A stretch of DNA of 64,000 nt from the NCBI GenBank assembly GCA_951406725.2, contig OX597831.1, forward strand, positions 62,930,001 through 62,994,000, in the 5' to 3' direction. The position numbers were made by a program, and so were the translations under genes. The DNA is from Octopus vulgaris. Its lineage: Eukaryota. Below, in pieces: positions 11,739-25,843 of this stretch; the first letter of the stretch is position 1, and the number at the start of each line of letters is the position of its first letter. Under the pieces are notes generated by a model. That model ran no database searches, was not told where the DNA came from, and saw only the letters and a program-made list of their open reading frames with translations.

Positions 11739-12439
11739 GAGAAATATAGCCAGGTGTCGAAACTGTAAATGAAACCTCTGTATTACAAGGAAGGTAAATA
11801 TCCAAACTATATCAGCAAATATATTAACTATTTAAAATATTCATTGCTTACACACACAGCAGCTGAAATTGTGATATTTCAAACACGGCATCATTTACAG
11901 CAAACCAATTATACAGCCCGGATAACCTAACCTATATTCTTCGTTACATTTACTCCCCTACTCTCCTATACCCATAACCACACTGCTTCGATGTTCCCAA
12001 ATGCCTGTGCTTGAATTCAAAACTATACATAAATATCACTGTGCATAACATTATATAAATTTATTAAATTTATAAATATTGTAAAATTTATAAAATAATC
12101 CGTATATACGTGCGAACGCTTTAACATAAATGTAATTTATATATGTCGTTTGTGCTTATGAATATAGGCGTACAGGTATATACAGAGCATTCTCTCCGCA
12201 AACTACATAATGCATCTCCATGTATATATGAGTATTTTTATATTAATACACATATAATATAATAAATCTATATTCATGTAAATTCCCATATGTTTAGATA
12301 CAATTTCCCCGCAAGTGTACAGTGTATAAACATATCCACGTAGATAGCAGAAGTTAAAGGAGAAATATTTCTTTGTGCTCCATTCTTAAACTCATCATGG
12401 ATCCTATTTAACCAACTGATTATGAAACCTCTGAGTGGT

Positions 12440-13140
12440 GTCGTTATCTCTCAAGTGATGAAAAGCTCGTAGGTAACAACGAAGCAGGCAATTATTAATA
12501 ATTGGCTGAAAGAATTAAGGATTTTGGAAATATAGGCACAAATATGAGCGTAAAATTATACTTCTGCCATAGCCACTTGAACACATTTCTAGCTAGTTTT
12601 AGATATTTCTATGAGAGACAAGCAGAGAGAACGAAGGAAAGATAACAAAGCAGATGGAACAGATGCATGATTCCAGATATAAATCTTCAGTGAGAATGTA
12701 CTGTGAAGCCAAACAACAGAAAATCATAGAAAGTCTGTGTTGTTACGGATTGATTGATACATTTTAGTATAACATACAGCATTTTCTTGTACACAAGTGT
12801 TGTATTCTCTTGTACACAAGTGTTGCATAAGATGCCATTAAAATTCTTGTGTTTTTATTTTTTATGATTTTTCAACTTACAATGTGATGCACTTGTGGAA
12901 ACTTTACGTCACTATCTTCTAATGCTTTGTAATAAAGGTATTTTTAATGCCAAAATTTACTATGAAATAACCATATGTTTAGAAAGGAGCATAAATCATA
13001 AGAATGGGAGCTGAAATTAATAGATACGTCAAAAACTAGATCCATTCTAGCAATTCTGATATCATATCCAGATTCATTAAACCATGCATAACCCTAAAAT
13101 CTCACCAATAACTTTAGGAGCGATAATAGGGCCCACTCAG
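12440..13140 (+). pseudogene. Decayed DNA-transposase C-terminus, Chapaev3/CMC-like
   Basis: LVGNNEA...IGTNMSVKLYFCHSHLNTF...ER*QSRWN resembles the FLGN...NMSxKxHFLHSHL...RYQGRW motifs. Superfamily assignment is from recall. Confidence 0.5.
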
Positions 13141-13201
13141 GTAAATTACTGTGAACAGAAAGTTTGGAACTTTTACTACTCTTGTCCATGAATATAAATA
13201 A

Positions 13202-13575
13202 CACTGTGCAACACTCAAAGAAGTACAGGAGATCTGCGGCCACTTTTATATGCAAAATGACATGGGAAATCCATTTCTGGCCTTCTTTTTGTTGAATTAG
13301 GCATGGTTTCTACGGATTTGTCACTGTATACCCTATTTTTCATTATTATTAAATAAAATTCTCTACCGCATTGTATAATGAGTTTCAACCCAGGGCTAGA
13401 GACCAATCTTAGTAACATCTACAATGTGATTCAAAGCTTCTGCTTAATGTTATTTTTTATCTTTCAGATCTTATTTGTTTTCAAGAATGAGTGCAAGATA
13501 GTTCAAAAATGATCCAAACAGATTCTGTTATATCTGTGAGGAACTGACTTATGCCAAAGAGAAGCGCAGTATGCT
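13202..13575 (+). mobile_element. 5' end of a Chapaev3-like transposon
   Basis: Begins CACTGTGCAAC after TAA. From 13487 it reads MSAR*FKNDPNRFCYICEE (N-terminal zinc-finger motif). Confidence 0.45.
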
Positions 13576-14228
13576 TAAATGTTTACAGCGTATAGTTAAT
13601 CGGAAAATGTTAGGACTATTATATGTAATGCGACAAATAGGAACTGACATGTACCATTAACAAGATGTTGTTCTACTTTAGAGATCCAGTTGCATACAAT
13701 CATGTCATTTATTTCCAGACATAGGGTCTCTACAACCATATTACACTGTGTGTAGTTCTTCTTTCCAAGACCTGAAGGTGTGATATAAAATAGACTGGTT
13801 TTGGAGTCCAGCCGTTTTAAGCGACTTTGTATCGTCCTACACATCCTCAAATTGTATCGTCCTACACATCCTCAAATATCTCAGATTTCATATTCGTGTA
13901 GAAGAAAGCAAGAAGGAGGAGGGCTATTTTATATCACCATAAAACGAGCACACAACCCTTGCTAAAGTCAAAGTATTTAGTTATTTACTCGTCTGTAGCC
14001 CTTTAAATTAAGCTAAAAGTATAGCAGGTTTCCAGAGAACACAAAACATCAATACGTTTAATGATTGCACCAAGACAACTCTAGCATTGTACTAGCAAGA
14101 AATTACTTCTCTTTGTGGCATTTAAAACCTAATCAATGAATTAGACCAAATTATGCATAGCGCAATATTGAAAACAACGGGAAATATAACCATCCCATAT
14201 TTCTCAATCTATTTATAAGTAAATGGAG

Positions 14229-14891
14229 AGATTTAACCAATCTTCATCAGTGAGCCATCATCCGTAGCCGATGGTTAAAGAATCTAAGTCACTCTGTCAG
14301 CCTTGAGTAATGGGTCTTTGATGAAGATTGATTAAATCTGAAATCAGCGTTGATATGACTCCATCTCGCTTGTCATAAGGAGAGAGCCTGTCTCCCGTGT
14401 CAGCCGTTAGAAAAGTGCTCTCGCATGGTTAAGGGTTGCTTTGACTCTTATTTCTGGCAATACTGGTACTCACAAGCACCCTTCGTCACTTTAGTGACGA
14501 ATGTACTTGATGCCTTCCGGTTCTAAATTGCTAATAGCCTCCTTAATAATTTATAAATCTCTCTTCACCATTTTAGGAGTATCAGTCAATGTTTCTTATG
14601 GTGAGCTCTATAAGGCTGACAAGGTGACTTAGGTTCATTAACCTTCGGTGACCGAGTAATGGATTAATTAAATCTGAAATCAGCGTTGATACGACTTCAT
14701 CTCGTTTGTCGTTGGGAGAGAGCCAGTCTCCCTTGTCAGTCATTAGAATAGTGCTCTCACTTGACTAAGAGTTGTTTTGACTCTTATTTCTAGCAATGGT
14801 GATGCTTAGTAACACTCTCCGTCACTTTAGTGACGACTGCACATGTTGCCTATCGGTTCTAAATTGCGAATAGCCACCTTAATGATTTATA
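14229..14891 (+). mobile_element. Retrozyme-like small element: 336-bp partial tandem with hammerhead and 5' inverted segment
   Basis: Direct repeat ~14330-14554 / ~14666-14891. Segment 14229-14304 is the reverse complement of the unit region preceding the ribozyme (compare 14612-14675). The 3' end abuts (TA)(TG)n. Confidence 0.75.
14312..14361 (+). ncRNA. Type I hammerhead ribozyme (C3 to T variant)
   Basis: GGGTCt-TTGATGA-AGATT-gatta-AATCT-GAAA-TCA-gcgt-TGA-TA-tGACTC. The inverted copy at 14244-14250 retains a canonical CTGATGA. Confidence 0.7.
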
Positions 14892-16793
14892 TATGTATAT
14901 ATGTGTGTGTATGTGTGTGCGTGTGTGTGTGTGTGTGTGGTCTGTATGTATGCATACATGTATGTATGTATGTGTATATTATGCATTGACAATATGATGC
15001 CACATTAATTTTTTCTTAATGAATTCCTTAATTTTGTATTGCGTCTTCTCGTTATTTTCCACTCATTATACTTATTATATGTATATACTTAGACAAACAA
15101 TTTTTACCTCATTATTCTGATATTGAAGACTTATAATGTAGATAAATGATGAAATAACTGACATTGAATTCAGTTATCTTTATCTTCATCAAAATCACTC
15201 TATTCTACTATTTATTTTCCCCAGGTTAGAGCACATTTAGCATTCGATGCTGTAAAGCGACTCCATTTTAAACCTAACCAGAAACAGCGACCTATTTCTC
15301 AGCAATGCCTATAAATAGCGATTACTTTATTTCTGTGTTATTTTGTTTATTTTTTGGTATAATTCAAATTGGTTTACTATTTCCCATCTTAGCTTAAGAA
15401 TGGATTACTTATAATAGTGTATCAAAAATATATTTGTTTTGTCTGGAACATTTTTCTATAATCAGCCTCCAATTTAGGGCTGTTCTATACTCTTTATATA
15501 TTTTCTTTATGGTAATTCATTACATCGTTTTAATCTGTATGCGTTCTTTTACCGATCAAATCTTCCAGAAGTACTACATAGCAATTTCCCATCCACATAG
15601 GCGATATTCATCCATCCAGTTATAATTTCCTGTCAATTTAGTCATATATTCTGGAGATAATTTTCGAACCACATTTAAGCCTGATTACAGAGGTAAAGAA
15701 AGCAATTTTCTTTGGTATCTCTCTATAGCAAACAGTCAAATTTCGAGCTCTCGATTCAAAATGTCTAAGTACTTACCTATTTTATTCATTTCTATCCTCT
15801 TTATTTTTATCAAAATGTTACAGATGATTATTTTATATTTAGCCCAATAACATGTCTTCTGAATATTACATTTCATCTTGTGATTTTAAAATATATTCTC
15901 CCTACACTTCATACGTTTCTACGATTTCAAATATTATTCAGATCATATACTAAAATCATATACGAAAAGCTTTAACTGAAACGTATAAAAATCTTTTATC
16001 TTTGCTTCAAACAGGGAAGATAAGAAAGCAGATACCATCATTTCATATGGCTCAATATCAATATATCCAACATTTACATGGATTGTTCTATAGAGCAAGT
16101 TCACCTAGATCAATCAACAGTTGTAAATATGCCTATATCAAGAAGCTGAGTAAATAATTTCATTATTCATGACACTGAAAAACACGGGCAACACTGTTTT
16201 TCTCCAAGCAGTACACATATACTGCCATAAATTATAAGCGCAATTTTTGCATCAATGCAGCATTGCGGTAAATGCAGTTTTCACAAACTGACACTTCCTT
16301 TCCTGTTTATTCTGGTGACATTTTCTAAATTCACATTATCTATTCTAAGATGGTATCGGTTTCTGTTGTTGATGTTAAGTGCTATCTGTCAGGAGCAGCA
16401 TTCGCTTGAAGTGATCGATTCCAAGCATAGTTCGATTTCGGAACTATTCGTAGCGCAAAGCAGAGCAGAGCGCTCGTCACCTAACAAGTCAACTTCCTGT
16501 AAAACGACTCGGCAATGCTGATATCGAACTCTTCTCCCCCGTTACCACATATATGACTTTAAAGTTGATCAATATGGATAGTGCAAAACTACAGAAGTAC
16601 AGAAATATGCATATTCAATGCATTTGTTGTTTATATGTTTGCGTTTCTACTTTGATAGACTTTTTTAGGGTTAGTACCTATATCCAGTGTCTAGATTAAT
16701 AATTGTTAAACAAACTTGACTTTCCAGCTAAGTACGTTATACTGACATTAGTCAGTATTATGGACATTATATACTGAATAATTTCGTGTATAT

Positions 16794-16842
<49 letters not shown>

Positions 16843-16848
16843 TGTGTG

Positions 16849-16894
<46 letters not shown>

Positions 16895-18308
16895 ATATAC
16901 AGATATGATATACTTATTGTTTGCCTTTGTGGTTGTCACCCACGTCCTTTAATGGTAATTATGAACCGTACATCTGTAAGCCTAACTTTGGTCTACATAT
17001 ATTAAAATCAACCACATGGAGTCAAAACACAAGGATATCTTCCGCATATCGCTTCCCATTCTTTATTCGATAATATCATATCTACTTCCTCAATTGATGG
17101 CCTGGGGCACTGCTTCCATTCTGCTTGAATTTCTTTCAATTATGAATACCATAGCTTGGTAGGTAAATGCGCAGTATGTATTTTAACTCCTTTTTCAAGC
17201 TCAACTACTTTATATGCTTTTGGGTATACACTATTCCCTTATAAAAAACGTCACGTTATTGAATACTTTCCTTTAAACGGTCACCATTGTATTCTAGTGA
17301 CATTTGATTCACCGGAATCTAAAACATGGAGTTGAGCAAGCTGTCGTTGCCCACATTGCTCCCATGGATGCTTTCTTCATGCACAAATGTTAGATTTCAC
17401 CACGAACTCTTAAACAAGAAACGCCATGTTTCTGTGCACCCACAGACACAAAGGAAGGATCTGAAATATTTATTCAAGTAAATCGTTACTTCTCTTTTCT
17501 TTTTCCATATTTTCTCTACAAGCAACAATCGATTCTATCTCAAGCTCGTATTCTTTCTTTGCCTATTGTGTAATACGGAAACGTTTGATTGCTGCTACAA
17601 GTACACACTTTTTTCCTTCTATAGAACTTGCGATACAAATTTCAATGATGTGCAGAACTTAGCGATTAACATTCGTAGTGCCACAGCTATGAAGATGAGT
17701 TTTCGAATTATATGTTAAGTTGTTCACTGAGTAAGATATGGATCTTACACTTAATTATCTCATATTGTCAGCATTGTTTTGCCAGTGCAGTAGGGAGAAA
17801 AATACGTTGATTAGTTTCGTTGTCTCTTCTATAATTTCCCTGTCTCTGTTTCTCGTTTGCATCTTCTGATAACATTTTCTTCTTGTTGCGTTTATTTTTC
17901 ACCCTTTTCTACCTTATTTCTACTTCTACAAATTCCCCACTCTCTCATTCTCTCTCTCTTTCTTTCTCTATATATTTCTTTCACTCCCACCCTCAATAAT
18001 TCCTCTTTCTTCAATTTCTTCTCCAGTGAGGTATCTTACTTTATGTAGGAGCAATTCTACCTTTCCGATTCTTCTCCTTCCTAATATATATCTCCTGGCA
18101 AAGCACTAAACGTTTTCATATTTTTAAAACATTCAAGCTTTCTTCTAGTATAACATTCATATTACTTTTCTTGCGATTAATGCTGCTTCCGGAGTTCTTG
18201 AAGCTGCTGTTTCACTTGAGATAAATCGTTCTTTCTTTCTCTCTCTCTCTCTCTCTCTCTCACGCACACACACTTTCTCACTTCCTCCTTCCCTCTCTCC
18301 TATATCTG

Positions 18309-18363
<55 letters not shown>

Positions 18364-19274
18364 CGCCTCATTTTTTCTGGACGAGTCTTCGTTGTTTTTC
18401 TTGTTAACATTTTCACCAATTTGTGGTTTCTCGAAAATAATTATTTGGAAGCTTTCACAAATGCGTTCATTTCACTCAACATATGGTTCTGATCGTTTAA
18501 AACCGGATACGTTTGTTTAGGATATCTACATAAGCTATTGAGATCTTTCTTTTGTTGATGAAAAGAAATGAAAATGCAAATTCTAATGAAAGACTATGTA
18601 GAATTTACCCGAATTATATTTCCGGATTTTCTTTTTCAGTATGGTTGATTTACTAAACAATTTGCTTCATTTTCTTGATATTTACAATTCTAACTCTCTT
18701 ATAATCAGATCTCTCACTTCCACTGTTTCTCTACTTCTATTTCCTGCCTCCCACACGTTTCAAACTGACTGTCGTTTGACATCGCATGAAATATTGCTCA
18801 TCTATAGATCTGGAACTCAGACAATTATGTAAAACAATGAGCATATATTTCATACTACACAACAGTTTATTGAAATTGTATAAGAACTGCGAAGAAAGAG
18901 CAAGCGTTGATATATCTCGTCAGTTTTGAAATAAAATGTATGAGAAGTTAATTAAGAACTGCATTTAAACAACTTTAGAACGCCAATTTCATTTCGAATA
19001 ACTTAGGTGAACTTCAAATATGCTGTATTTAATCTTTAAAAAAAACCTCGGTGATCTTCAGAAGAACGTAAGAAAATAGTAGTAACAGATGTATAAAGTG
19101 TAAATCGGAAAATAATCATCGAAACTTCGTTGAGCTGTATTAGTGTATATGCATCATTGAAAATAGGTTACATACAATGTATTTAGTAATTTTAATTAAA
19201 AGATCAATTCTAAATCTTATATTATATCCCCTATATATTAATAAACACTTAACCAACTACATAAAAATTAACAT

Positions 19275-20110
19275 AATAACTTAGATAATTTAGATAACTT
19301 AGACAGGTTTCGGCCAGTGTAGTCACAGGCCATGTCTAACTTAGTAGCAAACACTGGTGAAGTATTTTAGTCATACATGAGGCACCATGTCCCACTCTAA
19401 TAAAGAGTTACTGTTGGAGACATATCCGGATGTAGGAGGTTGGTCCGGGATTTTTTGAAGAAATTTGTCCAGAGAACTTTTGAATTTTATTGTATCTGTT
19501 TCCGTTTTCATATATTTTGGTATAATGTCATTGATGTAGATAACGAAGAGGAGTGGATCCAACACAATACCTTTGGCTGAGCTTGATCGGAGTTCCTCGC
19601 ATAAAACATGTTGGGTTCTGTTTGTCATGAAATACTTTATCTACTGCAGTAGTTTTCCACGGATTCCAACGTTGTACAGTTTCTTCAGCAGGATTTTGTG
19701 GTCCCCTCCATTAAATTCCTTGCTGAAATCAAGGTCTGTGACGTCAGTGTTAGATCCTTTTCCGAAAGCTTTTAAAGTGTCGTCAAAATCGTGCAGAAGC
19801 TGCGACAAGCAGTCCTTGCCAACACGGAAACCAAGCTGGTTGGGGTTCAGCAGGTTATTGTCTCCGAGAAAGTGGGTTATTTGCTATCTCCCCACCCTCT
19901 CAAATACTTTAATGATATGAGAGGTGAGTGAAATCGTATAGTAGTTCGCTGCAAGAGATTTGTTTCCCTTTTTGAAAGCTGGAACGACAGACTAGGAAAG
20001 AAAATGATCAGGAATATAACCTGCGTCCATGCGTTCCTCCAGAGCTGAGCTAGAGGGAGTGCAATTTGATATCGACACATCTTCAGGACAGTGAGATAAT
20101 CTTAGGAATA
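19275..20110 (-). mobile_element. CR1-clade LINE fragment with internal deletion and intact 3' end
   Basis: ANYYTISLTSHIIKVFER, NQLGFR, LDFSKEF..DH and KGIVLDPLLFVIYIND, fused directly to FKSSLDKFLQKIPDQP. 3' stem-loop at 19299-19340 followed by a (TAAGTTATC)-like tandem tail. Confidence 0.9.
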
Positions 20111-20682
20111 AAGTAAAGTATTTCGTTAAAAAGGGATAGGATTTAGTTGAGCAGACGCAAGGAACAGCGTCAAGTAAAGTTTTATAAGAAACAGGGGAAA
20201 AAAAAAGATTTACGACTTCAATAGCACTGTATGTTGTTATGAATTAAGAGAAAATATCCTGAAAATTTTACTACATACGTGTTGGATACAGGTAAAGGTT
20301 ATGGCTCAGAGGAATGCTGATATAAAGATATGTATGAAATTCTATACAACCAAGTAAAATACCAAACATCCAGTCCATACTCTTAGACTAATTACTTCCG
20401 AGAAAACACAGAATAGATATATACCAGATTAAATATACAGAATAAAGATTTCACAATATCTGATCTCTCTACCTCAAATATCAAGTCCCTTTCTATATCT
20501 TAATTTACACATGCGTATATCAGCTTACATAAGAATGTATATACGCAAGCATATGAGCAGATGGTCGTTTTGTCCGTGAGTATGACGCAATCCCGATCGC
20601 ATCCATGTATATGAATATAACTTCATGTAGACATGCCCACGCACACACAGACACACATACACATACATGCATGTACCCATTG

Positions 20683-20724
<42 letters not shown>

Positions 20725-21038
20725 CACACATATGTTTACATACATATATACGCGCGCATGTTTGTACATATATATGTGTATGTGTGCGTGTGCGTATGTA
20801 TATGTGCATGTATACATGTAGACAAATGCGCCTGCGCAAACATACTCATTTCTGTATAGTTATGAACGCCCTGAGGTCCAGTGGCAGACATCAAGTCATA
20901 AATCATGCATGTAGGTGTGAGGTGGAAGCCTGTGTGAATTAATATTTAATGTTTGTCTGTGAACTTCTGTCTCTTTTGTAAGCAATTTCTGTTAGACATA
21001 CACATACACGCGCACACACACAAACATATATGTATTTA

Positions 21039-21128
<90 letters not shown>

Positions 21129-21129
21129 G

Positions 21130-21170
<41 letters not shown>

Positions 21171-21218
21171 TTGTATGTATGTATATATATATACATACAT
21201 ACATATATATACATATAC

Positions 21219-21255
<37 letters not shown>

Positions 21256-22214
21256 TATAAATATATATATATACATATATATATCTACATATATATCTGT
21301 GTTTGAGTTTGTTGTATGTGTGTGTGTGTGCGTGTGCAAGTGTATGTATTTGTTTGTATGTGTGTTTGTGTGTGTGTTTATGTGTGCTTGTGTGTGTGTG
21401 TTGATGTGTGCGTGTTTATGAGTGTGTATGTGCGTGTGTGTGTGTATGTGTGAGTATTCGATTAGATTAGATTATGGAAGTTGTACTATTATGTAAATTA
21501 GCTTTAGCTCTTCTTCCAAAACACGCTAGACTTCACTGGCAGACATTAAATATTATATCAGATACGTTTAATATAGAATAATATCACTCGGCTGACTAGA
21601 CTTGCAATATCATATCATCTGTAGCAGCAGAATTAACAGATAGGAGAAAGAGAGGGAGTGGAATTCAAAAGGTAGGAACTGAAGGAGAATCAAAGACACA
21701 GAAGACAGGACATTGATTCAATAAATACGTAGAATGACCAAATCATATTTAATTTGCAGCCGACCTTCACTTGAACGTTGTATTAATGGAAAGAACACTA
21801 GAATCTTATTCCAGAAGGACTTAGATCTGATTATTCCTGAAGCTTAATTAAAATGGATAATTTGATTTTATTTTCTTAAATATGAAACCGCGTCCAACAT
21901 TTCATAGCTGGGTAAACAATTTCCAGTTTTGAGATCGTGATATTTTCATTATTCAAATTCACTCAGACTTTCCATGATATTGAAGGAGAATCTAATTTCC
22001 AGCTTCTTCGACTGCATAATTTTTTTTTTAAATATTAGTTTGTTTGTAATTAAAGTTCTTTCCCATTTTACGTGAACGGGTATCTGTATAAATTCATGCA
22101 TACAAATAGACACATTTATGAATACATATCTTAAAACACAATCAAATTCCTTCCCGAGCCAAAAATTCATAAGACCGATTTTCCAGATCCTGTGGCTGGT
22201 CCGTCGCAGGATTA

Positions 22215-22356
22215 CTCATTTTTGCCATCTGAATGAACTGGAGCAATGTTAAGTGAAGTATTTACTCAAGAACGCAATGTATTGCCACGTCCAGGAATCG
22301 AAACCATAATGTAACTCTCACGAGTGAAATACCCGATCCACTAAGCTACACACTCC
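22215..22356 (-). mobile_element. Old tRNA-derived SINE, third family, 5' part
   Basis: Minus strand has A-box-like TAGCTTAGTGG and B-box-like GGTTTCGATTCC, followed by a CORE-like TTCTTGAGTAA...TTGCTCCAGTTCA. Confidence 0.55.
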
Positions 22357-22665
22357 AACAAAACAGCTTTAAAACTCAAGTAGTGAATCTGGAGAGAGAT
22401 GGTGGTCGATAAAGTTTGTGTGGTGCATCAACTACTGTATGGAGGTGGTAAATCTCACGGACGTGCCATTCAAAACTTAAACATCGTTATGGACTACTCT
22501 GCATTGGTTATGTGTTATAAATTTCTTCGCAAATAAAAAGCATTCTACGGTGAATTACTGAAGGCGAGTCGGATAAAATGCAAATTAGTATGCGTAATCA
22601 AAGCCGACCATGCGAACCATAAACAAACCAGAACGGTGAAAAGAAGCATTACCTGGTTCCCCTCA

Positions 22666-22771
22666 AAATAAAAACGCAATATAAAGTGCTGCCGGGATTC
22701 ATGGGCAATTTTCTTGTTGATCACGTTTAGAACGACATTTTTTAGCATAAAACAGCTCGAGCAGGAGCGAA
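22666..22771 (+). repeat. ~105-bp dispersed repeat, copy 1
   Basis: Near-identical to 29249-29353 in the same orientation. Confidence 0.85.
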
Positions 22772-22829
22772 AGAAAATATTACTAAGCTAACTTTTCGAG
22801 AGGCTTTCTTCGAATATTCATTTGGTAAC

Positions 22830-24400
22830 TATGAACAGTACTCAAATTCGATATCATCCACGTTTTCAAAAGTAGTAAAAGTTTCATATATTCTTTTTCC
22901 ACTATCTGTATATTGCTTTGAGTTTTGGCTGTAGTTCATATCCAACGAATAAACGTTCATAGTAATCATCTCTCCCTCTTTCTGCATTTTACGAAGCCCT
23001 TGTAATTCAATGTTGTTGGAGCTGGCACACTGACTTCGTATTGTTATCGACGATGGACTACTTCCCAATAAGGCGGCGAGCTGACAGAAACGTTAGTACG
23101 CCGGGCGAAATGCGTAGCCGCATTTCGTCTGCCATTACGTTATAAGTTCAAATTCCGCCGAGGTCGACTATGCCTTTCATCCTTTCGTGGTCAATAAATT
23201 AAGTACCAGTTACGCACTGGGCTCGATGTAATCGACTTAATCCGTTTGTCCTTGTTTGTCCCCTCTGTGTTTAGCCCCTTGTGAGTAGTAAAGAAATAGA
23301 TGGAGTACTTCCCAATGATTGTTTATATGGTCACAATTGTTTGAATCCATTGGTAAAGATTCAAAACGGGGTCGTTGTAAGAATAATGGGGCACGTCGTT
23401 CAGTTCCTTCTCTACTTTAACGACTAACATAAGTATCTTCAAAACGATTGAGTAACGTCTGAATTTATTGCGGTTCCAAGAGTAATCAAATATTTGTCAT
23501 TCTTGCACAATAGTACAAATTCAAAAGCAGTATCCATTTTTATTTTCGACGCAATATTTAGATCAATATTGAACAGATAATCCAACAAGCTACATGCTTT
23601 TTGCAGATTTCAGGTTAAATGCAAAAAAAAAAAAGAAAAAAAAAAGCATTTCTATGCACACCAGGCAATGATTCTTCCATAGCTTTAGGTGCAGCTTTCT
23701 GAAAGTTGCACACAATAGAAATGCGTCTCAAATTGAACTCACTTTCTTGCCAAACCTCGAACATACTCATGTATGTGGTCTATTGTTCCTTCGGTAAAAG
23801 AGCACATTGTTGGGGTGAAATCTATCATACTTGTTTTTACCAAAATCACCTAAATTTGAAGAAAGGGGAACCGAACAACATAGAATGTTCCATCTGCAAT
23901 CCACATATTAGATGACATTAAATATTGAAGCTGGTTCTCTCTTCTAAAGAAATCTACAAAGGATGCATTGTTCGTACAATTTTTCTCGAAGAAGACATAT
24001 GAGGAATAAACGCTAAAATAGCATGAAATATGTTTATTAAACATTCTTTTATAACTACACCGGGAGACTCAAGAGTTTTTACTGCTTCTTTTCATATTCG
24101 TTTTAAAATATGCGGTATCTCGTTGTTATGGGGAAGCCTCAGGCTACTGAAGATGTAGCGTATTTACCACTTTTCTAGCTTTTGTATGTAGCCATATTTT
24201 GCATCGATTTTTCAGCTCACAACGCAAACATTCACTGTCAATTCTGCTTAGTTTGTCAAAGGTGCGAAGAAATCGATTGTAAGAATGTTATTTTTTTTTT
24301 CTTTTCCACGATTCTTCAGCAGAGAACTATATGATATTATTTGATTCTCCCTCTGAATAATTTCTAATAGATATCATACATGTTTCTCCTACGTGTACAA
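22830..24400 (-). pseudogene. Decayed MULE (Mutator-like) transposase
   Basis: WIADGTFYVVRFPFLQI (first catalytic D), LPGVHRN..FFHLT (CxFH motif region) and LLNRFEDTYV...RRAPLF. Interrupted by a SINE. Confidence 0.75.
23070..23298 (+). mobile_element. SINE family B, full length with 18-bp TSD
   Basis: AGGCGGCGAGCTG...GTTCAAATTCC...AAAGAAATAG, flanked by GATGGACTACTTCCCAAT (23052-23069) / GATGGAGTACTTCCCAAT (23299-23316). Confidence 0.92.
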
Positions 24401-24489
24401 TTTTGTAACTTCTATTAGCAAATGAAGCATGTGTAATGGTGTATAAATAATAACAAAAAATGTATCCAATCTATTGTTCTGATATATAT

Positions 24490-24919
24490 GCGTGGCTGTG
24501 TGGTAAGGAGTTTGCTTCTTAACTACATGGTTCCGAGTTCAGTCTCACTGCGTGGCAAATTTGATAAGTGCCTTCTACTATAACCTCCGGCCGGCCGAAG
24601 CCTTGTGAGTGGATTTCATGGCCAGAAACTGATAGAAGCCTATCGTATGTGTGAGTGTGTGTGTATGTGTGTGTGTCTATGTGTGTTTGTGTTTGTGTCT
24701 GTGTTTGTACCCCTGTTATCGCTTGACAACCGGTTTTGTTGTATTTAGGTCAACGTAACGGAGCGGTGCAGCAAACGAGATCGAGAGAATAAGTACAAGG
24801 CTTAAACAATTGGTCCTGGGGTCGATGTGTTCGGCTAAAAACCTTTCAAGGCGGTGCTTTGAGAAACCTTTCAATGTGGCCACAGTCAAATGAGCGAAAC
24901 AAGTAAAAGAATAAAAGAA
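24490..24919 (+). mobile_element. SINE family A
   Basis: Full head, (TG)n core and tail. Confidence 0.9.
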
Positions 24920-25446
24920 TATATATATATACATATATTGGTAAAAAAACAAATAATCAAGTGAACACACGTGTGAGTATGTTTCCATATAATGCACACT
25001 CACGCTCGTATATTTTGTCAATCTATTACGCATATTCAGCTATTACCCTCTTTTGTACAAGTAGGATTACTTTAATATAACATGGTTTACTCATTCTTAC
25101 ATGATATAAGTTATTTCCTGATGTAATTCACTCCAAACCCTGCATGATAATTCGAACGAATTCCATAAACATTTTCAAATTGATTAAGTTACGCAATAAC
25201 AAATGCAATAACAAATATTCGTTAAGTTTCTTCACAACCCAAGAACTCTTTAAAGTTTTCCCAGATTTAAATCTATTCCTGGCCTTCTAATAAGTAACAG
25301 TTATACACGTACGAGCTCTGCAAAATAGACATAAATTCGCTGTCCTACCTTTCAAAGACCAAATATAATTTATAGTTATTTTTTAAAAGTTGCCCCATAG
25401 GTAATTCATGTGATTTTACTTATAAATAGAATATATATTTCTTTAC

Positions 25447-25612
25447 TGCTGGAGCACTGCCTTTAGTCCCCAGGACTTATCCTTTGTAAGCATAGTACTT
25501 ATTTTATCGGTCTCTTTTGCCGAACCGCTAAGTTACGGGGACGTTAACACACCAGCATCGGTTTTCAAGCGATGGTGGGAGAACAAACACAGACACACAA
25601 ACATATACACAC

Positions 25613-25682
<70 letters not shown>

Positions 25683-25843
25683 CAGGCTTCTTTCAGTTTC
25701 CGTCTACCAAATCCACTCACAAGGCTTTGGTCGGCCCGAGGCTATAGTAGAAGACACTTGCCCAAGTTGCCACGCAGTGGGACTGAACCCGGAAACATGA
25801 GGTTGGTAAGCAAGCTACCTACCACACAGCCACTCCTGCGCCT
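25447..25843 (-). mobile_element. SINE family A
   Basis: Close to family consensus, with a (TA)n core. Confidence 0.92.

Noticed and set aside
13826-13877. Short tandem duplications (23 bp x2 here; ~21 bp x2 at 12786-12825) as CRISPR-like repeats
   Set aside because: Only two adjacent copies with no unique spacers, in a eukaryotic context. These are simple slippage duplications.
19299-19340. GGCC...GGCC-GAAAC-CT-GTC as a hammerhead
   Set aside because: No CUGANGA box. It is better explained as the CR1 3' stem-loop.
20939-21421. Many ORFs of YIYI/CVCV/THTH/YLSI type here and throughout the window
   Set aside because: These are translations of (TA)n, (TG)n, (GATA)n and (TACA)n microsatellites, which lack stops in some frames.
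25780-25843. tRNA-like A/B boxes in SINE heads as tRNA genes
   Set aside because: These are SINE Pol III promoter regions, with no complete cloverleaf.
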